A stretch of 63,700 bases of DNA, counting the filler, from Reclinomonas americana ATCC 50394 (lineage: Eukaryota), in assembly GCA_048213135.1 (NCBI GenBank). It is 6 parts of 3 records of this genome, joined end to end, with 100 filler letters (N's around TTAATTAATTAA, not from the genome) between each part and the next. Parts side by side here need not be neighbours in the genome. Positions count along the whole stretch, not along the records: positions 38,266 to 51,311 come from PS015337.1; positions 51,412 to 55,336 come from PS015337.1; positions 55,437 to 61,259 come from PS015339.1; 3 more parts are not named here. The stretch is one strand, 5' to 3'. The notes below the pieces were generated by a model, which searched no databases, was not told where the DNA came from, and saw nothing but the letters and a program-made list of their open reading frames with translations. Positions 43,901 to 55,465 of this stretch are shown here, piece by piece (positions within the stretch are counted from its first letter, which is position 1; the number at the start of each line of letters is the position of its first letter). Both the position numbers and the translations under genes were made by a program.

Positions 43901-45156
43901 GGTTGCGTTGGCTCTCGTGGCGGATCGACTTCCTGCTCGTGGCTTTGCACTTGATGACGCAGAACGGCTTTTGGTACGTGTGAGTGTAACGCGTGGAGTG
44001 GACTCGGCAGAGTCGACAGAATCAAGGCATGAAGTTATTGTTGACTGTCGGTGTCGTGCTTGGCTGTTTCGCATGCTGCGTCGAGCGGACCACTGCAAGG
44101 TTGCGTGGACAGAGGCTCGTCAGTTGTGTGAGCAGGGCGAGGCAACGGATGGTGCACAGTCGGTGTTGGAGACGATTGACTCGCTGCGGTGTTTGATGTT
44201 CTATGGCTTCCATGCTGGTGACGCAGACGCGCTAGCTCACTGCTACGACCGGCACTGTGTTACTCTTGGCGAGCGTCACCTCGGTTCGTTTCTTGCACTG
44301 TTCTGGAGCGCCCAGCTTCATTTTGATAGGAAAAATTACTTGGTAGCTGAGATGCAATTCAGGCAGTGCTGGGAAGGGTACCGGCAGTTGCTTGGTGATG
44401 ATTACCCTGATACACTTATTATGATGGGCGGTCTGGCCAACTCTTTGCTTGGCATGGGACGACTTGCTGACGGCATCCAACTTCGTCGTGAATGTCTTGC
44501 GTTGCAGCTGAGAGCTCTAGGCAGTCATCACCCAGGCGTGCTTCGGTCGTTGCACACCATTGCCGATGGACTTTCGCGGCAAGGTACACCCGACTCACTG
44601 ATGGAGGCCAGTGAGCTGTTCGGGCTGTCCCTTGAGAGGCGAAGAGAGGTGTTAGGTGACAGGCACGTCAACACACTCACTACAATGTTTGACTTGGGGC
44701 TGTGCTTGTTGAAGCAGAACCAGCCTTCTGTCGCTGCAGAGTTGCTTCGTGAATGCGTTGCTGGACGACGAGAGAGACTGCCTGTTGACGATGTACAATC
44801 TGGGAATATGTTTAGTACGACAGGGTCAAGAGATGCTGCCTGTGGCCAGTGACTTGTTCCGGGAGTGTCTTGCTGGACAGCGAGCAGTTCACGGTGACCA
44901 ACATGAAGACACTCTGAAGACGATGCAATTCTACGGGGAATGCCTGATGAAACAGGGGCAGCTCAACGACGCCGAGCTGCTGTTGACTGAATGCGCTGGC
45001 AAGAGCACTGCTGCGCTTGGCGAGTCGCACTCGCAATCCATGGCCTCACATAGTTTGCTCGCGGAATGCCGTCGTCGACTCGGTGGAGAGCGGCGACCCG
45101 CAGCTGCAGGGTCCGCTCAGCAAGCTTCTTCGTCACTTTGGTCGCACCATCCGTGA
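40946..45156 (+). pseudogene. NLR-like STAND NTPase (NB-ARC-like)-TPR gene with a frameshift in the TPR region
   Basis: ATG 40946. Walker A VVLTGAGGSGKS (~42140-42175), Walker B LVLDNV (~42535), sensor VIVTSR (~42700). KLC-type TPRs (LGERHLGS, LGDDYPDTL, LGSHHPGVL, LGDRHVNTL, HGDQHEDTL, LGESHSQS). Frame change at ~44775 could be an assembly error. Confidence 0.78.
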
Positions 45157-45306
45157 GTACGTGACAAATGAACTGATTCGCCTGGTTGGTTATCTCCCCA
45201 GATCTGTGCGCGCTGACGTGCAAGACGCCAGCGGCAAGAAGAGAGTGGCGAAATTCAGTCCATTCAATCTATGGCAGGATCCAGCAGACACTGAAAGAGT
45301 TGCGTT

Positions 45307-45499
45307 GAGTGCTTCCTGTGTACCTCGGGACAAGTAAGCGTGTGAGCAAGAGAGAGCAAGCAAACTCCGATATCTCATTGTCGGCATCGTCATTCGTCGA
45401 GGAAGGCGTTGTTTGTTGAACCCGGCGAAAAGTAACAACAGCTGGTGCAACATCTTCTCTACTACCATCATCTGCGGACATGGCGAGTGGAAGCGGAAG
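45307..45499 (+). repeat. ~200-bp direct repeat copy 2, downstream of the NLR gene
   Basis: Shares gagtgcttcctgtgtacctc, actccgat.tctc, ggcgttgtttgttgaaccc and the 35-bp identical block with 40767-40965. Confidence 0.92.
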
Positions 45500-45733
45500 T
45501 AACTCGTCATGTCTTCATGTAAAAATTAAACATATTAGTATATTGCACACCAAAACCATTTTTAGCCGCACTTCGTTGCCCTTCATCCACAGACGCACTG
45601 CCGCTGTTTTCACCAGCTCCACACACCAAGCACACGCGCTCTATCTCTACTCTTCCCTCAGATGCGGCACTTGCACTTCTCTTTTGCTGTCCCGCGGACA
45701 ATAGGCAACCATCAGTCGCATAGCACTTTCACG

Positions 45734-46130
45734 ATGAGCAGACAACGCGTCAACCCCGCGAGCGACCGCGCGCGTGTGGTGGAAGCATGGGCCACTGTGC
45801 GTACAGTCGCCGACGAGTTGGTGCACTCACTCGCATCAAACTTTCGTCACGCTGTTGCGTGTGCAGTCAAATGCTTGTGTGCTGCTGTGCTCTTTCTTAT
45901 GTAAAAGCACACTCACACACTCACACACACAGATGCCACCGGGATTGTACCAAAAGGTGCGCGCGCGCATGTGCATTGTTGATGATTGACGCTTGCACAC
46001 ACTTCATCTGACATGTTTTTTCCGTGCGTGATGTGCCTTTTTTTGACATGCAGTGTTACAAGTTACGCGCGCGCGCTCTCTCTCTCACACACACACACAC
46101 GTACACACACATGTGCTCATCTCTCTCTTG

Positions 46131-46163
<33 letters not shown>

Positions 46164-49100
46164 GCGCACAACAGCATGATGTACGACCTCTTCACGCTGT
46201 CGTCGACCTCGGTGGTGGACCCCCCAGAGCCGAACGGTTTCCACTCTGTCTCTGCTGCTGCAGCATTGGAGGCCAGCTATAGCATTGCGGTGGCCCAGAA
46301 TGCAGCGGCCAGTGGTGCACCTGCGACTGCGCAGCATGCCGCCCATGCAAACGATGCCGACAAGCCCATTCATCGCTACTTTTACGAGGTACTTGTGTTC
46401 CGCGTGTGTGTGTGTGCATAAGCATGCACGCTCATGCCACGTCGTAGTCGTACGCGTACTGGATCGAGGAGTTCCTGATCAAGCACGTGGTGCCGACGAT
46501 GTCGCGTTGCCACGGCTCGGATCTGTTTGACCAGCTGGTCACGTGCTGGGACAACCACAAGCTTGTGTCGCGCTGGTTCACTCGTCTGCTGGCCTACCTC
46601 AACAAGTACTACACCACCAACAAGAAGAGTGTGGAGCAGCTGGGCGTGGACATTTTCCGCCGCGCAGTCTTTTTGGCGCAGGAGTCCGCCAACAATGTGT
46701 CGAAGCAAATTGTCGACACGATTCTCGAGCAGGTGCACCAGGAGCGCCTCGGCAACAGCATTGACCGCGGCAAGGTCAAGTCGGCCATTGATGTTGCGTG
46801 GAGTTTGGCAGGCGAGATTTTTTGTCGCCCCCCTGCTCTGGCTCACGCGTGTGTGTCAGGTGCTGGTGGCCATGGGCGGCTTCGAGTACACGGTGAATGC
46901 GTCCCGGCAGCGCGTGGTCAACCCGTTGGATCTGTATCAGCGTGCACTGGAGGGCGCGCTGCTGGAGCGCACGGACCAGTTTTACCGCGCCGAGGCATCC
47001 ATGTGGCTCTCGGGCGACAGTGCGCACGAGTATCTGCGCAAGGTGTGTGTGTGTCTATGGAAGTAAGTGATTTGCTTGATCGCTCACCCTCCTCCTGCAG
47101 GCAGAACGCCGGTACGCCGAGGAGGAAGGCCGTCTCAATCACTACCTCCACTCGTCGTCACGCGTAAAGTTGCTCGACCGCCTCGACGACCGTCTCTTGC
47201 GGGAGCACACGACCGAGATTCTGTGCATGGCAAACTCGGGATTCGTCATCACCTTGACGGCGTACAGTCGCGATCCGGGTGCGCGTGAAAACACCGACAG
47301 TTGCATTGCGTTGTTGGCGCCCCTTGAGTCGTCCATTCAACCGCGCACTCACCCCACGTTGCGTGCAGATCTCAAGCGCATGTACCAGCTGTACAGCCGG
47401 ATTCCGCCAGAGCCCATCATCCTCATGAGTGACATGTTCCAGGAGCACCTGGTGATTGAGGTACGCGTCTGCGAGTGAATCCAACTGAAAAGCGAGCGTC
47501 TTCTCCGGTTGACCTCGTTGCGTTGCAGGGCACCGAGCTCATCAACCAGGCGACGTCGGGCGCCGAGTTCGATCGCGTGCGCCTCATCCTCGACATTTTG
47601 ACCATGCAACAGAAGTACGGTACTCTGGTTGCCACGTGCTTCTACTCGAATGATTCCTTCCAGCGCGCCATGAAGCAGGTGAAGTGATTTGAGTGTGGGG
47701 GGTGTCTCTTCCCAAAACGTTGTTGACTCACGCCTTTAATGGTAGGCGTTCGAGACGTTTGTCAACACGCAAGTGGTGTTTGGCGAAGACAAGTATCTGA
47801 TGGCCGACATTATGGCCTACTTCTGTGACACTATGCTCCGACCAGGTCGCGAGAAGCATCTGGGCGAGGGTCAGGGCGACGTGGATGTTGCGTGATTGTG
47901 ATAAAGGGGAAGTGTAGGGGGAGTGAGAGAGAACTCATTTCTTTGGCGGCGCAGGTATTGTTCGAGAACACGGTGCGTATCGTCAATTACGTGTACGACA
48001 AGGACCAGTTCCACGACCAGTGCCGCCAGTACTTGTGCGAGCGTCTGCTGGAGCGCGACGACATTGACGAGCACGACGAGCGTACCTTCTTGTCCAAGCT
48101 CAAGGTGCGCTCCTTGTTTTTTTCCGTTGTTGATCGCACAGCACTCACCAACTATGAATGCAGTCCTCGTTCGGGCCAAACTTCACGGCCAAGATGGAGA
48201 CCATGATTGCCGATCGCCGGTTGTCGGGTGAGCAAGTGGCTAGCTTCCACGAAGCCATGAAGTCGTCGGGCGTGAAGCTCCCGATCGACGGCAAGGGCTT
48301 CACCGCCCTGGTGCTCACCACTGGTTCATGGCCGCAAATGCCCGTCGACCAAATGGTGTGCCTGTGCCCTGTGGCAGGAGGTGAACGGGAGCTCAACTCA
48401 CGCACTCTTTTATTCGTGACGTGCAGCGCCCGCCGAGCGAAGTGCAAGCGTGCATGGATGCTTTCCGTCGGTACTACGACTCCAAGACAAGGAACCGCGT
48501 TCTCCAGTGGATCCACGAGCGGTCGACGGCCGTACTGGTTTGTTCCTCCACCTCTCTCATTCATCGCCGCGACTTACACCTTGCTCGTTGATGCAGAATG
48601 CGTACTTTGGCGACAAGAAAAAGGAGCTCACCATGACGGCGTACCAGGCCAGTGTGTGCATGACCTTCAATGAGGGATGTCAGTACACAGTCAAGGAGTT
48701 GGCCGATCGCACAGGGTCAGTGCCTTTCCTCTCCCTGCTCATCGCGCATCACCGGCTCACAATTCTCTCTCTTGCGCAAGTGTGCCAATGGACGAGATGC
48801 GCCGTGCCGTGCTGGGTCTGGCGGCCGGCAAGTACAAGGTGCTGGTGTGCGTGAACGAGGCCAAGCTGAAGAAGGTCAACCCCACCGACATTTTCGCCTT
48901 CAACGACGACTTCAAGTGCCCGAAGAACAAGCTGGTGGTGCCGCTGCCGGCGGTGAAGCGCAACCGAGGTGTGGTGTCGGAGGAGACGGACGCATCGCGT
49001 CGCTTCCAGATCGAGGCCGCCGTGGTGCGCGTGATGAAGGCTCGCCGCACGCTGTCGCACCAGCAGCTGCTGGCCGAGGTCATTGGCCTGCTGAACCTCT

Positions 49101-49275
49101 TCCGTCCGGACCCGCGTATCGTCAAGTCGCGCATCGAAGATCTCATTACTCGAGGTGAGTGGTAGATAGATGGAGAGAGCAGTGTTGGCGCCAGCACAAT
49201 GGCTGATCGTTTGCATTTGCAGAGTTCCTGCGACGCGACGAGAAGGACCGCACACTTTACCACTACGTTGCTTGA
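45734..49275 (+). CDS. Cullin (CUL1-like), complete, many introns
   Basis: WDNHKLVSRWFTRLLAYLNKYY, FYRAEA, DLKRMYQLY, DKDQF, KMETMIAD, VLTTGSWP, LQWIH, YQASV, neddylation domain IEAAVVRVMKARRTL..IEDLITREFLRRD..YHYVA*. Confidence 0.92.
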
Positions 49276-49500
49276 GAAGGTGGCCTAAACTACATTGCTT
49301 TTGCCGCATCCCTCCCCTCCTTCCCTTACTCCCCCATTAAACATCATTCTCCGGCCGAACTGCAAACGCTGAAACTGCTCATTTTGCAAGCCAATGCACC
49401 TAAAGTGCACCTGGTGCCACGTGCATTCGCGCGACGTTCCTCGTTCCAATGCTATTTTGGCAGACGGACAAGTCCCCTCACACTATTTCTCCACAGACAG

Positions 49501-50821
49501 ATGAGCAGGAAAGCAGGTGTGGCCTCCACAGGCATGCGCGCAGGAGGAGCAGGAGGAGGAGGAGGAGGACCTCGCCAACGCGCAGTGGAAGATGTGTGGA
49601 AGGAAGTCAAGGCCGTCATTGACGAGTTGGCGGCCTCAGTCAACTCAGACTTTAGGATAGAGGTGTGTATGAGAGAGTGTGAGAGTGTGTGAAAGAGAGA
49701 GTGCTGACATTCCACGTGTGTGTGCGCGCGCGCGTGACAGTTCCCTCCAACAAAGTACTCTAAAGTTGCGTTCTCTTTGCATGTGTGTGTCACTGAAAGA
49801 GCATCAACTCACTCACTCACTCTTCTTTACACACACAGGTGTACTCGTTGCGTTGTCTCACAGCAAGACACACACGCACACATTGATTGATGATTCGTCT
49901 CTCTCTCTGACACTCTCACTCTGACAGCGTGGTATACGACCTGTGTCTGGTGGAGGCACAGTCGCGGTCGCACGTGGAGCGAGTAGGTGCGATGCGACGC
50001 GTGCAAGGCGTGAGCTCCACTGCCCGGCATGCGCAGTCAGCTGCTGCGCAGGCACTGGAGGCTGCGCGCGCTCCACCCTCGGCCATGGTCGCCAGTGTCG
50101 CCTTGGGCGCGAACATGGCCGACAAGGATGACAAGTACAACCAGCGATTCTTCTACGAGGTGCTGCCGCCACTGTCTCTCATATGGCCCCTCCATGCGCA
50201 CTTGCTCATGCGCTGTTGTCTGTTCTTGTCTTGTGAAGGCATATGCAACGTGGGTGGACGACTACTTGTGCTCGACAGTGGTGCCGGCCATTGCGCAGTG
50301 CCATGGGCCGGAGTTGTTTGAGCAGCTGGTGTCGTGCTGGGACAAGCACAGGATCATTCTGCAGTGGCTGAAGAAGCTGTTGAGCTACCTCGACCGCTAC
50401 TTCACGCAGGACAAGAAGAGTCTGGAGGATCTGGGCGTGGACATTTTCCGCCGGCGCGTCTTCTCGACCGCCGACAATCAGCGGGATTTGTCAAAGCAGA
50501 TTGTCGATACCATTCTGGAGCAGGTGCACAGGGAGCGCCTCGGGTTTGCCATTGATCGCAGCAAGCTGAAATCGGCCATTGATGTTGCGGCTCTGTTATA
50601 TTGTCACTTTTTTTCGCCTCACGTCTCACTCTGTGGTGTAGGTGCTGGTGTCCATGGGCGGCGTCGACACGCCACAGCTGCTGCAGAGGCGGTCGGTGGT
50701 CTCTCTCGACTTGTACCAGAAAGCACTCGAGGGTATCTTCCTCGAACGCACCGATCAGTACTACCAGGCCGAGTCGGCGGCGTGGTTGGCCACGGACAGC
50801 GCGCATGAGTATTTGCGGAAG
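49501..50821 (+). CDS. Second tandem cullin paralog, 5' half (3' part not assembled)
   Basis: Exon-for-exon homology and shared intron positions with the upstream cullin (WDKHRIILQWLKKLLSYLDRYF, SKQIVDTILEQVHRER, TDQYYQAES). Confidence 0.88.
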
Positions 50822-51138
50822 GTGAAGAGGGGAAGGGGAGAGAGGGGAAGGGGGAAAATGGGGAAGGGGGGAGGTGAAGGGGAGGGGGAAAGGGGAAGGG
50901 TGGAGAAGGGAGGGAGAGAGAGACGGAGGAAACAATACAACCTGTGACCGAGTCGTCTGTATTATCGTAAGTGAGAAGGAAGGGAGAGGGGATAGAGAGG
51001 AAGAAGGGGGAAGGGAGGAAGGAGGGAATGAGTGAGTGAGAGCGAGAACAGAGAGACGAGAGACAAGTGCTGGCGGAGGAACAAGTCGGAAGGAGAATGA
51101 GATCAAGTAGACTCTTTGCGTGAGGTCAGATTATGTGT

Positions 51139-51194
<56 letters not shown>

Positions 51195-51436
51195 GAGACG
51201 ACGACGAAGACGACGACGAGAGGAGGACGGAGTAGGTAGGTAGGGTAGGTAGGACGGAGGACGTAACGAACGGTAACGGAAGGAAGGTAGGTAGGAACGA
51301 ACGGAAGGTAANNNNNNNNNNNNNNNNNNNNNNNNNNNNNNNNNNNNNNNNNNNNTTAATTAATTAANNNNNNNNNNNNNNNNNNNNNNNNNNNNNNNNN
51401 NNNNNNNNNNNCTCTCTCTCTCTCTCTCTCTCTCTC

Positions 51437-51481
<45 letters not shown>

Positions 51482-52658
51482 GTGTGCGCGCACGAGTGTG
51501 TTACGCGAGCCTGTCTGTTGTCAGGACTCCTCTCTCATCCCTCACACACATACACACACTCAAGCACACCCACCTCAACACGTCATGCACCACAGGCACC
51601 GACTCACACGCGTCAGTGGCCGCTGCCTCCACCGCCGCGGGCCTGATGTCCATGGCGCCCGTTTTAGTCGCCACCTCCCCTGCTGTCACTGTCACTGTCA
51701 CTGTTGACTCAGTCTGAGGCACATTATCATCCTCGCCACCACTGATCACCCCATCGCTCTCCACAAACACCTGTGAGAGGGCGCGCGCGAAAAGACACAC
51801 ACTCACTGTGAGAGATGGCACTTTGGTCGACGCACTTGAACATACACACTGACGCAACAATGGCCATGTTGTGTGCGCACACAACACACACACACTGAGC
51901 GAGAGAGAGAGCACGTGCGTTGCTGCTTGTCAAGGGTGTTTGTGTGTGTGAGCGACCGTTTGCTGTTTGTGTTGTTGTTGTTGTTGCAAGCGCACTGCAC
52001 GAGGTGTGAACTCTGCGAGAGCGAGTGCACGTGTTGTGTGTGTGCGACTGCTGCGGTGTGGCAAGAGTGGTTGAGAGGGAGTGAACGATTCAGTGAGTGA
52101 GTGGAATGATTCGCAAACTCCATTTCCGGCAAGTCCGCTCAATGTGTGTCGTGTCATGTTAACTTTAAATGGTTCTGTTGTGCAGAGAGGGCGCAAATAT
52201 GAGAGGAGAGAGAAGGATGCGCTGAGCTCGTGCTTTGGCGACTTGCCAGTTGAGATATCGATTTCGAACTGCAGTGGAGCTCGAGCTCACCATCAGTTGT
52301 CACGTTTTGGTCATCGTTGACCTCCTGCATGTGCTGCTAACGATCGAGGGTCGTAGGAGGAGGGGAAAGGGTCAAGAGTTGGGGGCGGACGGGTGGAGGC
52401 GTGATCGTGAGGGCGGACAGCGTGATGCAGAGCGAAAACACGAAAGAAACATGCTCGTTGTCACTGCAACGATGATTGGTCGTCCGTGAGTGTTCTATCA
52501 AGGATCGAGAGTCGCAGGAGGAGGGGAAAGAGTCTAGAGTCGGGAGCAGACGAGTCAAGGCTTGATCGTGAGGGCGGATGGCATGATACTGAGCGGCCCT
52601 CAAGACTTGACATGGTCTGACTTGCTTGTTAGTTGGTGAATGAACTGTTGTTAGCGGT

Positions 52659-54347
52659 TTACCGATCTCCTGCTGTGTCGCGTACTCGGTGCAACGCCTC
52701 GCGCAGTTCCTCGTTCTCGATAATGTGCGGCGCGCGAGCCTCGTGGAAGAGCGCCATGGCTTCGTCGGCGGACATGTGCGGGTTGCAGTCCATGAGGTAG
52801 CGGCAGACCATGTAGCCTGTGGAGGGGGCGATGAGGGGAAGGAGGAGGAAGAGGGGAAGCAGGAAAGGAGAAAGTGAACTGGAAGTAGGCAATGGACAGG
52901 TAATGATCAGAGAGAAACGGAGAAGAGAAGCAATAGGAGAGTAGACAGACTCTAAAAGAGATTACCAGTACCGGCAACAAGCACGCAGCCCGACAGCCTC
53001 ACAAACGGCAGATGGCAACAGAAGAAATTAACAATCACACACAGGCATGCAAACAGGCCACCAGAACCGGCAGAAGCTGACCGACACACAACCAGACACG
53101 CAGCCTTTCAAACAAAGAACGACACCAACAAGCGCGCAATCAGGCATGCAGACAGGCCACCAGAACCGGCAACAAGCAGGCAGCCCGACAGCCTCACAGA
53201 CAAGATGGCAGAAGAGAGAATCAACACACAGGCACGCAGATGGACCAGCAGAACCGGCAGACAGCCACACAACGAGACATTCAACCCGACAGCCTCCCAG
53301 AAAACTCCCACAGCCCTCTCCCCTCTCACACTATGGACTCGCTCTGCCTGCAGTCCCTCTCCTCTTCCCTTCCCCTTCTTCTCCCCTTCTCACCCACCTG
53401 TCCGATTAACACCATGCGTGCAATGCACCACCACCAACGGCCGGCTGACCTCACTCGCCTCCGCCTCCACCTCCCGCACCGCCGCGCAAAACGCCCGCAC
53501 ATTCGCCTCCGACGGCACCGTCTTGCCCACGCACCGCAACTTGCGATACCGACACCCGAAACGCTCCGCCATCGCCTCCCCATCGTAGTAGTGATGCACC
53601 TGGCCACAAAGAGGGGGAGTTCAGCTGCCTGGTTAAAGCACATCAAGTGTGTATCATCGCCTCACCGTTGTCGCCGTCAAGTCAATCACCAACGCCACAC
53701 GCTGCGCACCAGTGTTGAAATGTGCAAACAGCTCCTCCCCATCAAACGAGTAGTCCGCCTCTGCATCAAACTCCTCCATGCGCTCCGCAGCCTCGGGATC
53801 CTTCCGTCGCGCCTCTGCCAGATCCACAGCATAGCGCCTCTCCAGCTCCCCACTTCCCGCGCGAAAGAATCGCTCCAAGTGCTCCCTCCCACTGGCCTCC
53901 GCCGCTCGCAGCATCGTCTTGCACGGAACAACAATCTGCACTTTGTTGTCAGAGATCCCCAGAATAGGCACCTCGCCGCGCAGTCACTGAGAGAGAGAGA
54001 CGCACTGTGTCGCCCACTGCATGCTGCGCGTGCTTGCGATAGACGAGCCAGCGCGCGGGAATACTCGCGCCCACATGTGCCGGAGATGAGGATGAAGAGG
54101 AAGAGCGCGATAATCTCCGTGCGGCGTGTGGGGACAGAGTGTGTGAGAAGCGACAGCGAGCACCGGCGTTGCAGGTGCCAGTGGCGGCAAACTCGCGACA
54201 CAGCTTGGGAGACACTCCTGTCACTGTTGATACTGCTGTTGCTGTTTCATCATGCAAGAAGGGACAGGCGTCGCCGTTGCGACAGCCGCGTGGTGTGTTG
54301 AAGAAGTGGCAGACACGACGCGGACTGGCCTCTGCTGCTGCGCTCAT
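52659..54347 (-). CDS. 2x CCCH zinc finger + DUSP11/PIR-1/RNGTT-type RNA 5'-triphosphatase
   Basis: CHFFNTPRGCRNGDACPFLH and CREFAATGTCNAGARCRFSH; IPARWLVY; VPCKTML; LVIDLT; catalytic HCTHGVNRTGY; EAMALFHEAR. It may splice on into exons at 52600-51500. Confidence 0.85.
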
Positions 54348-54398
54348 GACGACGGATGAAGGAAATAAATGAGGACGAGGGGGACGCATGACGTTCAT

Positions 54399-54810
54399 TC
54401 ACGGGTCGTGCCTTCGCAGTGCCTCAATGAGCTGTTCGTCTTCGATGCTGTGTGGACGGCGTGCGCGGTTGAATAGCGCAATGGCTTCGTCGGCCATAAG
54501 TTGCGGGTTGCGGTTCATGAGGAAGCGGCAGACAATGTATCCTGCACGTTGCGAGAGTGAGCTGCTGCTGTGGTACGCTCTCCCATGTTTCAACAGTACA
54601 CACACCGGTGCGATTGACGCCGTGTGTGCAATGGACGGCGACGTAGAGAGTCTTGCCGGTTTCGGCGGCCTCGGCTTCGACGACGGCGACGGCGCGTTCG
54701 AATGACAGGACCACCTCTTCCGGGGGCAACTGCTTGCCGGGGCAGCGCAGTTTCAGGTAGCGGCAGTTGTATCGTTTCTCCAGTTCGCCGCCGGGGTAGT
54801 AGGGATCAGT
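54399..54810 (-). CDS. Second DUSP11-type RNA triphosphatase domain (upstream exons not found)
   Basis: DPYYPGGELEKRYNCRYLKLRCPGKQLP..VAVHCTHGVNRT|GYIVCRFLM..EAIALFNRAR; same intron position as the downstream copy. TGA at 54399-54401. Confidence 0.8.
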
Positions 54811-54944
54811 CTGGATAGGAGGGAGGGGAGGGGGGAGGAGGGAGAAGGGAGGGGAGAGGGAAGGGGACGGGAAGAGGAAGGAAAGGGAGGGGCATTGCGA
54901 TGCGTCAGTGATCGCGGGTTGAAAATCAGCACATGCATTATGGC

Positions 54945-55262
54945 CCCATGTCTGCGGAACTCAACTCTGCGCACAACCGAAGTCGACCACTGCCACTACT
55001 AACACTGCGGTACTGTGTCTCTTCTGCATTGACACTCCTCCGACAGCTGCATGATACCATGCCTGCGGAACTCAACTCTGCGCACAACCGAAGTCGACCA
55101 CTGCCACTACTAACACTGCGGTACTGTGTCTCTTCTACTTTCGACACTCCTCCGACAGCACCATGTCTGCGGAACTCAACTCTGAGCACAAGCGGAAGTC
55201 GATGGCTGTCACTACTAGCACTGCGATTCTGTGTCTCTTCTGCATACGACACTTCTCTGACA
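54945..55262. repeat. Three tandem ~105-110-bp repeats
   Basis: Unit catg(t/c)ctgcggaactcaactctg.gcacaa.cg.aagtcga...tgtgtctcttct...gacact. Copies 1 and 2 are near-identical; copy 3 is diverged. Confidence 0.9.
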
Positions 55263-55465
55263 TACGTTGCAGTCTCACATACTGACGCTCAAGCACACAA
55301 TCCACTGAGAAATCGTACAATGCAGTGCCGCGTCTANNNNNNNNNNNNNNNNNNNNNNNNNNNNNNNNNNNNNNNNNNNNTTAATTAATTAANNNNNNNN
55401 NNNNNNNNNNNNNNNNNNNNNNNNNNNNNNNNNNNNCCCCCTTCCCCTTTTCACCCCCCTTCCAG

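Noticed and set aside
45357..45520. TAA aligned with CAA in the repeat copies, suggesting TAA=Gln recoding
   Set aside because: That frame is 5'UTR/non-coding (the real start is ATG 40946 in another frame). TAA terminates other genes here (4907, 14355, 61500).
51480..52620. Separate minus-strand gene
   Set aside because: Exon-like pieces exist, but I could not tell whether they extend the triphosphatase gene or form another gene; not annotated.
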